Source of the DNA: an uncultured Chloroflexia bacterium
Lineage (GTDB): Bacteria > Chloroflexota > Limnocylindria > Limnocylindrales > CSP1-4
NCBI GenBank assembly: GCA_963698595.1
Contig: CAVORL010000006.1
Span: forward strand, 968,900 to 1,032,899
Reading direction: 5' to 3'
Length of the DNA stretch: 64,000 nt
Shown: positions 28,474-37,918 of the stretch, one piece after another
How positions within the stretch are numbered: the stretch's first letter is position 1
Layout: each line of letters begins with the position of its first letter
The notes under the pieces: generated by a model
What the model saw: only the letters and a program-made list of their open reading frames with translations
Database searches by the model: none
What the model was told of the DNA's origin: nothing
Translations under genes and position numbers: made by a program

Positions 28474-30234
28474 CTACTCCAGGTAGTCCTTCAGCTTGCG
28501 GCTGCGGGACGGGTGGCGGAGCTTCCGGAGCGCCTTCGCCTCGATCTGGCGAATCCGCTCGCGGGTCACGTTGAACTCGCGACCAACCTCCTCGAGCGTC
28601 CGAGCCCGGCCGTCCTCCAGGCCGAAGCGGAGCTGGAGGACCCGCCGCTCGCGACCCGTCAGGGAGTCGAGCACAGCTTCCACCTGCTCCTTGAGGAGCT
28701 GGTGCGAGGCCGCCTCGGCCGGCGCCAGCGCGCCCCGGTCCTCAATGAAGTCGCCGAGGTGGGAATCCTCCTCCTCGCCGATCGGCGTCTCGAGGCTCAC
28801 CGGCTCCTGCGAGACCTTCATGATCTCGCGGACCTTCTCCGGCGTGACGACTACCTCCTGGCCCTTGGACATCGACTCGGCGATCTCCTCGACCGTCGGC
28901 TCGCGCCCTAGCTCCTGGAGGAGCTGGCGGCTCACCCGGATCAGACGGTTGATCGTCTCGACCATGTGGACCGGGATGCGGATCGTGCGAGCCTGGTCGG
29001 CGATGGCGCGCGTGATCGCCTGCCGGATCCACCACGTGGCGTAGGTGGAGAACTTGAAGCCCTTCTCGTAGTCGAACTTCTCCACCGCCCGGATCAGGCC
29101 GATGTTGCCTTCCTGGATCAAGTCCAGGAACGACATCCCCCGCCCGATGTACTTCTTGGCGATCGAGACCACCAGGCGCAGGTTCGCGGACGTCAGCTGC
29201 TCGCGCGCGTCGCGCCCGATGCGCACGATCTCACCCTTGCGGTGGGCGAGCTTCGTGGTGAGCGGGACCTCGGGGTCGAAGCCCATCCGCTTGAGCAGGT
29301 CGGCGTCCCGGCCTCCGTCGACCCAGCGCTCCAGGGCCGGGAACGCGACGCCGTCGCGGGTCCAGTCGTAGATCGCCCGCAGGCCCGGGTTGTCGCGGGA
29401 GTCGAGGTCCCCGTTGTGGACCGCGAGGTAGGCCCAGTCGAGCAGCGTGACGAACGCCTCCGGCGAGAGCGTCTCGTTGTAGGCGGCGAGGAGCTTGCGC
29501 GCCTCCCTGAGGAGCTCCTTCGTCCCCTCCGACTGGACGTCGCGGCCGGCCTTGATGAGGTGGAAGTCCGGGTGCGGAAGCAGGAGGTCCAGGGCGCCCT
29601 CGTCGGCGATCGCCACGCCGACCATCCGGTGGGCCTCGTCGCCGAAGGGCAGCCGGTGCTGCGGCTTGGCCGTCCTCGTCTTGCGCTCGGTGTCGTGGAG
29701 CGTCCACTCGTGGAGGCTGACCAGCGCCTTTGCCGGGGCCTCGACCATCCACTCGCCGAGCTCGATGGCCTTGGCCAGGACGACCTCCTCCTCGGCGGTC
29801 AGGAGAGCGACCTTCCCGATCTCCTTGAGGTACATCCGGACCGGGTCGTCGATCCCGATCATGTCCGCCGAGAGTGCTTCGAGCTCCTCGGCCGTCGGCT
29901 CCTCGAGCTTCTTCCCGTCGAGCTTGTCCGGGGCGTCGCCTCCGGTGACGGCATCCTTCTCGTCCGTGACAAGCCCGGGGACGATGATGGTCGCCGTCTC
30001 GGCCGGATCGTCGCCGGACTCCGCGTCGTCGTCGAGCCCGGCCTCGTCCGGCTGGCTCCCCTCCGGGTCGGCCCTGCCGCGCTGGGGCGACTTGACCGTG
30101 CTGGCCGTCGCGGCGCGCGAGGCGGCCTTGACTTCGCGCGCCTCGGCGGCAGCCGCCTTGCGACGGCCCGGCGTAGCCGTGAGCACGGCCTCGACTAGCG
30201 CTGCGTCGGCGGGATCGGTGGTCGTCACGGTCAT
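28474..30234 (-). CDS. rpoD: principal RNA polymerase sigma factor (RpoD/SigA), 586 aa
   Basis: Region 1.2 is [11 protein letters not shown], 2.x is [12 protein letters not shown]...[37 protein letters not shown], region 3 follows, and 4.2 is [20 protein letters not shown]. An AGGAGG RBS precedes ATG 30234, which overlaps the dnaG stop (ATGA). Confidence 0.95.
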   Translation of the reverse strand: MTVTTTDPADAALVEAVLTATPGRRKAAAAEAREVKAASRAATASTVKSPQRGRADPEGSQPDEAGLDDDAESGDDPAETATIIVPGLVTDEKDAVTGGDAPDKLDGKKLEEPTAEELEALSADMIGIDDPVRMYLKEIGKVALLTAEEEVVLAKAIELGEWMVEAPAKALVSLHEWTLHDTERKTRTAKPQHRLPFGDEAHRMVGVAIADEGALDLLLPHPDFHLIKAGRDVQSEGTKELLREARKLLAAYNETLSPEAFVTLLDWAYLAVHNGDLDSRDNPGLRAIYDWTRDGVAFPALERWVDGGRDADLLKRMGFDPEVPLTTKLAHRKGEIVRIGRDAREQLTSANLRLVVSIAKKYIGRGMSFLDLIQEGNIGLIRAVEKFDYEKGFKFSTYATWWIRQAITRAIADQARTIRIPVHMVETINRLIRVSRQLLQELGREPTVEEIAESMSKGQEVVVTPEKVREIMKVSQEPVSLETPIGEEEDSHLGDFIEDRGALAPAEAASHQLLKEQVEAVLDSLTGRERRVLQLRFGLEDGRARTLEEVGREFNVTRERIRQIEAKALRKLRHPSRSRKLKDYLE

Positions 30235-32177
30235 CCTCCTGCTTGGCGCGCCAGCGGCTTCGCGAGCAGGCTGGCCTGCTCGAGGCGCCGGTGCAGCGCG
30301 CGGCGATTCTCGTTGTGATGGGAGATCTCGGTCATCAGTCGATCGACGGCGGCCCGGTCGCCGGCCCGCTCGGCCTCGGCGAGCTCGACGCGGGTGAACT
30401 GGTCGCGTTCGGCGAGGCGCCCAAGGTCCAGGCGAAGAAGGCATTGCTCAACGCCCTGCTCGGCCAGGGCGGCAGCCGGTCGCCCGGTGCCGCCGGCGAT
30501 GGCCGAGACGCTCGTCCCGCCGAGGAGCGCGGCCATGAGCGCCTGTGTTTCGGGGTCCAAGCGGGCGTAGACCGCCTCGGACGTGTACGCCCCTGCCTCG
30601 CGGACGGCGAGGACGGCCGACCAGAGCTCGCGGGCCAGTGTCGAGGGCAGGTCGGCCGGGGCCAGCCGCTCGGCCGTCTCGACCTGCAGCTCGGGTGCCA
30701 GGAGGAGGAAGCGCAGCAGCTCGCGCTCGACCGGGCCGATCGAGCGGAGAACCGCGCGCGGGTCGAAGGCGTCCGGCGACGACATGACCGAGTCGGCCGA
30801 GATGCGGCCGCCGTCGGGCGCACCGCCGGGCCCGCCACGACCACCATCCGGCGCGCGATGGAGGGCCTCGAGGAGCACCCGCTCCTCCACCCCCGACACC
30901 TGGCGCAGGGTCTGCAGGTAGCCGTCGCGGAGGACCGGGTTGCGGACCGTCCGGAGGGTCGGGAGGATGGCGTCGACGAAGCGCGCCCGCCCGCCGGTCG
31001 TGCGCAGGTCGGCACCCCGGGCGTGGAAGTCGATCAGGTACTCGACGATCGGGAGGGCCGTCCGGATCGCCTCGCGCCAGGCGTCGGGGCTCTCGCGGAT
31101 CACCTCGTCGGGGTCCTTGCCCTCGGGCAGGCGCGCAACGCGGACCTCGTCGAGCTCGACGTCCGTGTTGGACGCGGCAAGCTGCCGGGTCAGGCCCTCG
31201 AGGGCCGTGACGCCGAGCGTACCGGCCTTCTCGCCGGCCGGATCGACGTCGTACGCCAGGACGATCTTCTTCGCAGCGTATCGGATGAGCAGCGCGACCT
31301 GGCCAGGCGTCAGCGCCGTGCCCAGGCTGGCGACGACGTTCGTGAGCCCTGCCTGGTGGGCCATGAGCGCGTCCGTGTAGCCCTCGACGATGACGGCGGT
31401 TCCGGACTTGCGGATCTGTGCCTTCGCCCGGTCGAGCAGGTACAGGGTGCGGCTCTTGTCGAAGAGCGGGGTCGCCGGGGAGTTGAGGTACTTCGGCCCC
31501 TCCGGATCGGTCCCGTCCTCGCTCTTCAGGACGCGCCCGCCGAGCCCGGTGGCGTTCCCCGTCGCGTCCCGGATGGGGAAGATCACGCGGGCCCGGAAGC
31601 GGTCGTAGGCGCCGTTGCCGCCCCGCCGCGCCGTCGCGAGGCCGGCCTCGACGAGGTCCGCCGAGCCGATCTGGCGGCGCTTCGCCAGCGTCCGCCCGAG
31701 GGCGTCCCAGTCGGGCGGGGCCCAGCCCAGGTTCGCCCACTCGATCGTCTCGTCGCTGAAGCCCCGCGCGCGGAGGTACGCGAGGGCACGCTCGCCCGTC
31801 GGCGACTTCGTGAGGACCGCGTAGTAGAAGGCGATCGCCGATTCGACGACATCGTGGAGGTGCTTCCGTCGGGCGTCCTCGCGGGATGTTCGCTCGTCGA
31901 TCTCGACGCCCGCGCGGGCCGCGAGGATCCGGAGCGCCTCCGGGAAGGCGAGGCCGTCCCGGCGCATGACGAAGCTGAAGATGTCCCCTCCCTCCCCGCA
32001 ACCGAAGCAGTGCCAGCTCTCGCGCCCGGGCGTGACGATGAAGCTGGGCGTCTTCTCCCCGTGGAACGGGCAGAGGCCCTTGAAGGTGGTGCCCGCCTTC
32101 TTCAGGGCAACCGTCTCCCCGACGACGTCGAGGACGGTCAGCTTGCCCTTCACCTCGGCTGCGATACCGACCGCCAA
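30231..32177 (-). CDS. dnaG: DNA primase DnaG (start TTG 32177 preferred; ATG 32300 alternative)
   Basis: Zinc ribbon [33 protein letters not shown]-polymerase domain, and TOPRIM ([26 protein letters not shown]). Confidence 0.92.
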   Translation of the reverse strand: MAVGIAAEVKGKLTVLDVVGETVALKKAGTTFKGLCPFHGEKTPSFIVTPGRESWHCFGCGEGGDIFSFVMRRDGLAFPEALRILAARAGVEIDERTSREDARRKHLHDVVESAIAFYYAVLTKSPTGERALAYLRARGFSDETIEWANLGWAPPDWDALGRTLAKRRQIGSADLVEAGLATARRGGNGAYDRFRARVIFPIRDATGNATGLGGRVLKSEDGTDPEGPKYLNSPATPLFDKSRTLYLLDRAKAQIRKSGTAVIVEGYTDALMAHQAGLTNVVASLGTALTPGQVALLIRYAAKKIVLAYDVDPAGEKAGTLGVTALEGLTRQLAASNTDVELDEVRVARLPEGKDPDEVIRESPDAWREAIRTALPIVEYLIDFHARGADLRTTGGRARFVDAILPTLRTVRNPVLRDGYLQTLRQVSGVEERVLLEALHRAPDGGRGGPGGAPDGGRISADSVMSSPDAFDPRAVLRSIGPVERELLRFLLLAPELQVETAERLAPADLPSTLARELWSAVLAVREAGAYTSEAVYARLDPETQALMAALLGGTSVSAIAGGTGRPAAALAEQGVEQCLLRLDLGRLAERDQFTRVELAEAERAGDRAAVDRLMTEISHHNENRRALHRRLEQASLLAKPLARQAGG

Positions 32178-32303
32178 ACGCTGCTCCTGCGTGGCGGGAG
32201 CAGCGGCGCGCTGCGGGTGGCGCCGTCGAGCTCCCTGGGTTCTCCCGCCCGGCCGAAGCCCCGTCGCTCCCCACGCGCCGTCACGGCGCCGGACGTGCAT
32301 ACG

Positions 32304-32326
32304 GGCGTGTCAAGTCTTGACACGCC
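32304..32326. promoter_or_regulatory. perfect 23-bp palindrome GGCGTGTCAAG-T-CTTGACACGCC upstream of dnaG
   Basis: Read directly: 11-bp arms around a single central T. It contains TTGACA on both strands. Two more TGTCAA hexamers lie at 32350-32355 and 32362-32367. Confidence 0.5.
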
Positions 32327-32520
32327 AGCAGAGGTGAATGATGCGCGCTTGTCAACCCTTCTGTCAATACTGGGTGGCAGTATGTGGAATGGCGCGCGCA
32401 CACGCCCGCTGCCGGCGCACGGGGATCTGCCCGACCGGACCGGGCGGGCCATGACGGGACCGGCCGCTGCTGCTGCTGCACACCCGGAGACGAGGGGCGT
32501 CGTGGTCCTGGTCCCCTCGC

Positions 32521-32567
32521 CGGGTTCGCGCGTGCGGGTTCGCGCGTGCGGGTTCGCGCGTGCGGGT
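32521..32567. repeat. 14-bp tandem repeat CGGGTTCGCGCGTG x3.3
   Basis: Three perfect units (32521-32534, 32535-32548, 32549-32562) plus the partial CGGGT. It is intergenic, about 70 bp upstream of the rhodanese gene start. Confidence 0.9.
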
Positions 32568-32634
32568 CACCCGCTCTATCCTTCGCAGCGGCGTCCCCAC
32601 GAACCGTCGGATGCCGCACGCACCGGAGGGACAA

Positions 32635-32976
32635 GTGCTTTCGTTCCTGCGCCGCCTCATGGCGGGCACACCCTCGATCGATGTCGTGGAGCTCGACGCC
32701 CGGCTTGCCGACGGCTCGGTTCGCGTCCTCGACGTGCGGGAGGACCACGAGTTCAAGCGCGGCCACGTGGCAGGCTCGATCCACGTCCCTGGCAAGCGGC
32801 TCTCCGCCCGTGTCGACAGGCTCAAGCGGGATAGGCCGTACGCGGTGATCTGTGAGTCCGGGAACCGCAGCCGGGGAGCGACCCGCTACCTGCTCGACCA
32901 TGGCTTCGAAGGGACGGTCTCGGTCCGCGGCGGGACCGGGGCATGGGCCCGGAGCGGGCGCCCGCTGGTGGACTGA
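32635..32976 (+). CDS. single-domain rhodanese-like sulfurtransferase
   Basis: GTG 32635 with a GGAGGG RBS 4 nt upstream. It has LDVREDHEFKRGHVAGSIHVP and the active-site loop CESGNRS. Confidence 0.8.
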   Translation: MLSFLRRLMAGTPSIDVVELDARLADGSVRVLDVREDHEFKRGHVAGSIHVPGKRLSARVDRLKRDRPYAVICESGNRSRGATRYLLDHGFEGTVSVRGGTGAWARSGRPLVD

Positions 32977-33167
32977 CCGCGCGCCGCCCCCCGGCCGGCG
33001 ATGCGGCCGTCGCATGTGACCGTCGGTCCAGGATCCACCGGCCCACTGGCCCTCACCGCCACGCTCCGCCTCCCGCACGATCCTCGCACGGGAGGCGCAG
33101 GCCGCCGGTCGACGGGCCCCCCGCGCGCATCCCGCGAGACTCCGATCCCGGCACGAAGGAGCACTCC

Positions 33168-34643
33168 ATGACCGACGCCAGCCGATCCAGTGGGCGCCGC
33201 GGCCTCCCGATCGCTGTCGTCGTCGCCGCGGCCGTCGGCCTGGGCTGGGCCTGGCTCATGCCGCGCGGCCCGATCACCACGGAGCAGGCACTCGCGTCGC
33301 TCGGACTCGGTCTTTCGGTCGGCGTCCTCGCCGGAATCGCCTCGGAGAGCCGCTGGAGCGCTCTCCTGGCGCCGCTCGCGTTCGCCACCGGATACGAGGT
33401 CATGCGCCTCGGCATCCTGGGCCTGGCTGGCCCGACCGTCGATGGCATTCACCTTGGATCGACGTACGGCGTCATCGCGTTCGTCGTCGGGCGCGGCTTC
33501 TCCGCCGTCCTGCTGCTGGCCCCGATCTGCGTCGGCGTCTTCCTCGGCGTCGCCGTTGCCGCGCGCCGCGGGCGCCCCGGGGCGAGACGGCTGGGGCGGC
33601 CGGGCTGGGCCTTCGCCGGTCTGGGGATGCTGGGGATCCTTGGGATGGGCGCCCTCGTGGCTGCTCCGGCCTCGACCGCGCCGATCGTCGGCTCCGACGG
33701 GCACCCCGTCGCGGGCAGCGTCGCCGAGATCGCCGACGTTCCGATCGGCGGGCACGACCAGAGCCTGATGATCCGGGGCCGGAGCGAGGACAGCCCGGTC
33801 CTGCTCTACCTCGCCGGGGGACCCGGCGGCACCGACCTGGGCGCAATGCGCGTCGACACGGGGCTGGAGCAGGACTTCGTCGTTGCCACATGGGAGCAGC
33901 GCGGCGCCGGCAAGTCGTACGCGGCGCTCGACCCGGCGGACACGCTCACGCTGGATCGGGCGGTGTCCGACACGCTCGAGGTCGCGGACTACCTGCGCGA
34001 GCGCTTCGGACAGGAGCGGATCTATCTCGCCGGCAATTCCTGGGGGACCATCGCCGGCGTGCTCGCGGTGCAGCGCCAGCCGGACCGCTTTCACGCCTTC
34101 ATCGGGACGGGCCAGATGGTGAGCCCGCGCGAGACGGACCAGATGTTCTGGGAGGACACGCTCGCCTGGGCCGAGACCACCGGCGATGCAGCGCTGCTGG
34201 TGACGCTTCGCGAGAACGGCCCCCCGCCCTACGCCGACCTGCTCGACTATGAGCCGGCCATCTCCCACGAGCACGACTGGAATCCATACCCGGAGCTGAA
34301 CCTGGATCGCGAAATGCCGGCGATCTTGTTCGTTCCGGAGAACAGCTTCATGGACCGGGTCAACGGGCTCCGCTCGTTCCTCGACACGTTCTCCGTGCTC
34401 TACCCGCAGATCCAGGAGGTCGACCTCCGGCGCGACGCTTCCGCGCTCGAGGTCCCGGTCTACATGGTGATCGGGGCCCACGAGGCGCGCGGGCGCGCGA
34501 TCCTGGCGAACGAATGGTTCGAGGTGCTCCGGGCGCCGGCGAAGGAGCGGGTGGTCTTCGAGCACTCCGGGCACCGGCCCCTCTTCGAGGAGCCCGCCGA
34601 GTTCGCGAAGCTCATGCGCCGGGTGCTGGCCGAGACGAGCTGA
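33168..34643 (+). CDS. membrane-anchored alpha/beta hydrolase (proline iminopeptidase/S33-like)
   Basis: An N-terminal section of about 170 aa has several TM helices. It is followed by LLYLAGGPGG, the nucleophile elbow GNSWGT, and a C-terminal SGHRPLFEEP. Confidence 0.8.
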   Translation: MTDASRSSGRRGLPIAVVVAAAVGLGWAWLMPRGPITTEQALASLGLGLSVGVLAGIASESRWSALLAPLAFATGYEVMRLGILGLAGPTVDGIHLGSTYGVIAFVVGRGFSAVLLLAPICVGVFLGVAVAARRGRPGARRLGRPGWAFAGLGMLGILGMGALVAAPASTAPIVGSDGHPVAGSVAEIADVPIGGHDQSLMIRGRSEDSPVLLYLAGGPGGTDLGAMRVDTGLEQDFVVATWEQRGAGKSYAALDPADTLTLDRAVSDTLEVADYLRERFGQERIYLAGNSWGTIAGVLAVQRQPDRFHAFIGTGQMVSPRETDQMFWEDTLAWAETTGDAALLVTLRENGPPPYADLLDYEPAISHEHDWNPYPELNLDREMPAILFVPENSFMDRVNGLRSFLDTFSVLYPQIQEVDLRRDASALEVPVYMVIGAHEARGRAILANEWFEVLRAPAKERVVFEHSGHRPLFEEPAEFAKLMRRVLAETS

Positions 34644-34745
34644 CTCCTGCGTTTCGTGACGCCGGAGCGGACCGTGGTCCGGGAGGCCGCATGGGTGCCG
34701 GGCGCGGCGCGGTGGCACCCGGCGCGGGCCGGCGTCCGCGCCCGG

Positions 34746-35339
34746 CTACGGCGCCCCGTCGCGGATGGCCCGGCAGATCGCCGCCTGCTCGCGGGCGTCG
34801 TCCAGGGCGCCGTGCGTGTGAAGCACCGCGATGTCATATCGCCGCTTCACGTGCTCCTTCGTCGTCGCGCCCCAGGCGTCGACGGCCCCGAGATGCCGCC
34901 CGAGGTAGAGCGCCTTGAGGTCGAGGGCGCTGATGCCGAACGGATTGCCCCCGAGATGGCGCCATGCGGCGTCGGCCACGAACATCCAGTCGAACGGCGC
35001 GTTGAAGCCGACGAAGACCGGGCGGGTCCCCGGCCGGACCGTACGCTCCAGCCACCCGACGAGCAGGCCCATCGCCTCGGCCACCGGCATGCCGTCGCGG
35101 GCAAGGCGCTCGCGGGATAGCCCGTGGATCGTCTCGGCGGCGTCGCTCCAGGGAAGCGCCGGGTCGGGCAGGACGAGCAGCTCGATCCCCTCCTCGGGCC
35201 GGTCGACGAGACAGGCGCCGATCGCGAGCAGGCTCCCGAGAACGGGCGTCGGGCCGGACGTCTCCACGTCGACGCTGACCCACGTCTCGGTCGGCTGCGG
35301 CGCCGCCGGAGTGGTGGCGCCGGTGGTGTCCGCGTCCAT
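34746..35339 (-). CDS. DEDDh 3-prime-5-prime exonuclease (DnaQ-like)
   Basis: ExoI is VSVDVETSG, ExoII is FVGFNAPFDWMFV and ExoIII is HGALDDAREQA. Confidence 0.8.
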   Translation of the reverse strand: MDADTTGATTPAAPQPTETWVSVDVETSGPTPVLGSLLAIGACLVDRPEEGIELLVLPDPALPWSDAAETIHGLSRERLARDGMPVAEAMGLLVGWLERTVRPGTRPVFVGFNAPFDWMFVADAAWRHLGGNPFGISALDLKALYLGRHLGAVDAWGATTKEHVKRRYDIAVLHTHGALDDAREQAAICRAIRDGAP

Positions 35340-35399
35340 GGCCCTCTCTCTCGGTTCGATCGGCCGATACTAGACTGACGCAGCGTGAAAGGGGAATGC

Positions 35400-36764
35400 A
35401 TGGGCAGGGACAGGATCGACGGGCCGGGCGAGGCTGTCGAGGGCGTGGGGGTCGCCCTCGACAGCGTGATCGACTCCGCCAGGCGCCTGGGCGTCGAGCT
35501 CGACGCGGCGGAGGCCGCCGAGTGGGTGGCCGCACTCGAATCGGAGGCGGAGGGCGGCGAGATCGTCGTGGACGTCGACTCCGGGATCTACGGGCACCGC
35601 GTCTCCATGCTCGACTTCACGACCCGCGACTTGGCCCGCTTCCGCGCGATCGGCGAGATCGTCGGATTCCCCGATCGGCCCCCGGTGGTGCTGACAGCGC
35701 TGGCGCTCTCCGGGTCGGCGGCCCAGGACAAGGTCCAGTCGTATCCGGGCGACTGCGACTACTTCGAGCGGGTCCACATCACGGCACCCACGCGCGAGGA
35801 GGCCTGTGCCATCCTCGCCGACGTCATCCGGGAGAAAGCCCTCGCGACCCTGGTGGGCCCGACGCACCGACTTTGGGAGGTGAAGTTCGGGAGCTATCCG
35901 GTCGATGCGGAGCGCGACGGGCGCCACGTGCGAGCCGGGACCCCGATCTCGTGGACGGCGGACGAGGTCGCGTCCGGGAGGATCGAGGTCGTCCGCGACG
36001 GGCGGCCGGAGGAGCTCACCTGGGAGCAGGCGGCGGTCGACCCGGGCTGGTGCAAGCTGGACTGGATCGTGGCCGACCCGGCCCGGCGGGCGCTGGCCAA
36101 CGCCAGCAACATGCTCGACGTCACATGGGAGGCTCCCGACGGCTCCATCACCCCGCTCGATGGCTTCATCGACCCATACTTCCAGGAGGTCTACCTGGAA
36201 GCGGAGTCGCTCCCCCTCTTCAACCGACTCGTGGAGGAGCTGTCCGCCGATGCCGTCGACGAATACGTGGATCAGCTGGAGCACGAGGTCCTCAAGTACA
36301 CGCTGAACGACCCGAACTACGGCAAGGCGGCGCGGCGGATGTACAACATCTTCCGTCTCACCGGCCGCTACGCGGAGGCCGCCTACCTGCGTGAGCTCTT
36401 CGACGAGCCGACGACGGTCCTCTACCAGGTCGCGGCGCAGATCCGCACGCTCGACGAGGCGGACCGGCCGGGCGCCGAGTTCGACCACGAGACCTTCCTC
36501 AAGCAGACCGACTCGCTCATCATGTCGGCCATCGCGGCCCTCGACGGCCGCTCCGAGGCGGAGATGGTGCGGCATCTCCTCGCGGTTCGGAACAACCTGC
36601 GGAGCCGCCGCGGCACCGTCGACCGGAGCACCGAGGTGGACGAGGTGAAGAACGAGGCGCTTCGCGCCGTCAACGTCTACTTCGAGGAGCGCCTCGTTGC
36701 GGTCCCCTCCATCAAGGCGTACCTGGACGACTTGGCAGCCCCGGGGCGAAGCGCCCTGGCGTAA
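35400..36764 (+). CDS. hypothetical protein with a Pol-beta-type nucleotidyltransferase signature (alternative start GTG 35385)
   Basis: LSGS-x11-DCDYF (nt 35712-35759) fits the hG[GS]x9-13Dh[DE]h pattern. A candidate third acidic residue lies in CKLDWIVAD about 100 aa later, and the C-terminal half is long and helical. An AAGGGGA RBS precedes ATG 35400. Confidence 0.6.
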   Translation: MGRDRIDGPGEAVEGVGVALDSVIDSARRLGVELDAAEAAEWVAALESEAEGGEIVVDVDSGIYGHRVSMLDFTTRDLARFRAIGEIVGFPDRPPVVLTALALSGSAAQDKVQSYPGDCDYFERVHITAPTREEACAILADVIREKALATLVGPTHRLWEVKFGSYPVDAERDGRHVRAGTPISWTADEVASGRIEVVRDGRPEELTWEQAAVDPGWCKLDWIVADPARRALANASNMLDVTWEAPDGSITPLDGFIDPYFQEVYLEAESLPLFNRLVEELSADAVDEYVDQLEHEVLKYTLNDPNYGKAARRMYNIFRLTGRYAEAAYLRELFDEPTTVLYQVAAQIRTLDEADRPGAEFDHETFLKQTDSLIMSAIAALDGRSEAEMVRHLLAVRNNLRSRRGTVDRSTEVDEVKNEALRAVNVYFEERLVAVPSIKAYLDDLAAPGRSALA

Positions 36765-37002
36765 GCTCCGCGGCCGACCGCGAAACAGGCGCACCGAGCC
36801 GAGCGACCGGCCCCGCCTCTGCTTCCCCGCCAACTCGGTGGCCGGGTCCGCCCTCCTTGCCCCTGCCTTCGGCGTCGACGACGGGCGACCCCTGTCGCCG
36901 TGACGCTGCTCGCCGCGCTCGCCGTGGGCGCCGTCGGGCTCTGCCGCCTGCCTGGCCCGCGCCGCCTGTTCTGAAGTCGCACGTCCTGCAGCGGCACGCG
37001 GC

Positions 37003-37716
37003 CTACCGGGGGCCCGCCGCTGCCGCTGCCATGTCGGCGAACGTCGCCATGTCGGGGGCGACCAGGTCCGGGGTGGCGGACGCGGGCGGGGTCGCGCCAC
37101 TTCCGGGCTGGTCGTGGCGCCGGTCGATCCAGGCCGTCGTCAGACCCAGCTCCTTTGCCGGGACATGGTCGTGGAAGAGGCTCTGGGCGACATGAAGGAT
37201 TCGGTCGCGGGGGACGCCGATCCGCTCGAACGCGAACTCGAAGTTGCGGCGGCTCGGCTTGTAGCTTCCGACCTGCTGGGCCGTGATCACCCAGTCGAAC
37301 GTCACGCCCAGCCGACGGTTCGACGCGGCGAACAGGTCGTCGTCGCAGTTCGTGATGACTGCGAGCCTGTAGCGCTCCTGGAGTCGGGCGAGCGCGGGCG
37401 GAGAGTCCGGGAAGGCGGGCCATTCCCCGACGGAGCCGCCGAACGCCGCGGCCTCGTCATCGGACGGCACGATCCCGAACTCCGCGCAGACGCCCCGCAG
37501 GGCGCGTGCCAGGATTTCCCGGTACCGGAGGTAGCCGGCGGCCTCGATCGCCTCCTCGTGGCGGGCGTAGCGCTCGAGGAGGGCGTCGTCATCGGCCACC
37601 ACCCCCCGCGGATCGAGGACGCGCCGGATTCCAGCGACGATCCCCGTTTCCCAGTCGATGAGGGTCCCGTAGCAGTCGAACGTGAGCACCTCGAGCCGAT
37701 CGAAGTCGATGGACAT
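37003..37716 (-). CDS. haloacid dehalogenase type II-like HAD hydrolase
   Basis: FDCYGTLIDWE (nucleophile Asp motif), ITNCDD, SYKPSRRNFE and a C-terminal HDHVPA block. Confidence 0.8.
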   Translation of the reverse strand: MSIDFDRLEVLTFDCYGTLIDWETGIVAGIRRVLDPRGVVADDDALLERYARHEEAIEAAGYLRYREILARALRGVCAEFGIVPSDDEAAAFGGSVGEWPAFPDSPPALARLQERYRLAVITNCDDDLFAASNRRLGVTFDWVITAQQVGSYKPSRRNFEFAFERIGVPRDRILHVAQSLFHDHVPAKELGLTTAWIDRRHDQPGSGATPPASATPDLVAPDMATFADMAAAAAGPR

Positions 37717-37918
37717 GCGCCAGCCTCCTGAGGTAACGGGTCGGAGGAACCGCGACGGGCGCCGGCGAGCCCATCACCCGATCGCGAACGAGGTAGCCAG
37801 GGCGTGCCGGAGCTGCTGACCCCGCGTTCCAGGGCGTTGCCGTTGCGGCGGGGTCGCGCCACGCTCGGCTGGGCGACCTACCTCTTCCGTCTTGCGGGCT
37901 CAAGCCCCAGCCGCCGGG

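Noticed and set aside
32298-32300. ATG 32300 as the DnaG start (longest ORF).
   Set aside because: The 23-bp palindrome begins 4 nt upstream, which leaves no room for an RBS. The first 41 codons are Arg/Gly-rich and lack primase similarity. TTG 32177 gives a normal distance to the zinc-ribbon motif. The alternative is kept in the feature note.
32466-32481. (GCT)5 trinucleotide run in the dnaG/rhodanese intergenic region.
   Set aside because: It is short and within the range expected by chance in GC-rich DNA. There is no associated coding frame or symmetry.
34853-34868. parS-like core TTCACGTG inside the exonuclease gene.
   Set aside because: Only the central 8 bp match the 16-bp parS consensus TGTTTCACGTGAAACA, and the flanks (GC...CTCC) do not. 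I found no other convincing parS near parAB.
36765-37002. Possible small gene or RNA in the 238-bp gap between the convergent NTase-like and HAD genes.
   Set aside because: Only low-complexity short ORFs are present, with no hairpin-plus-U terminator and no motif I recognise. This is insufficient evidence to call anything.
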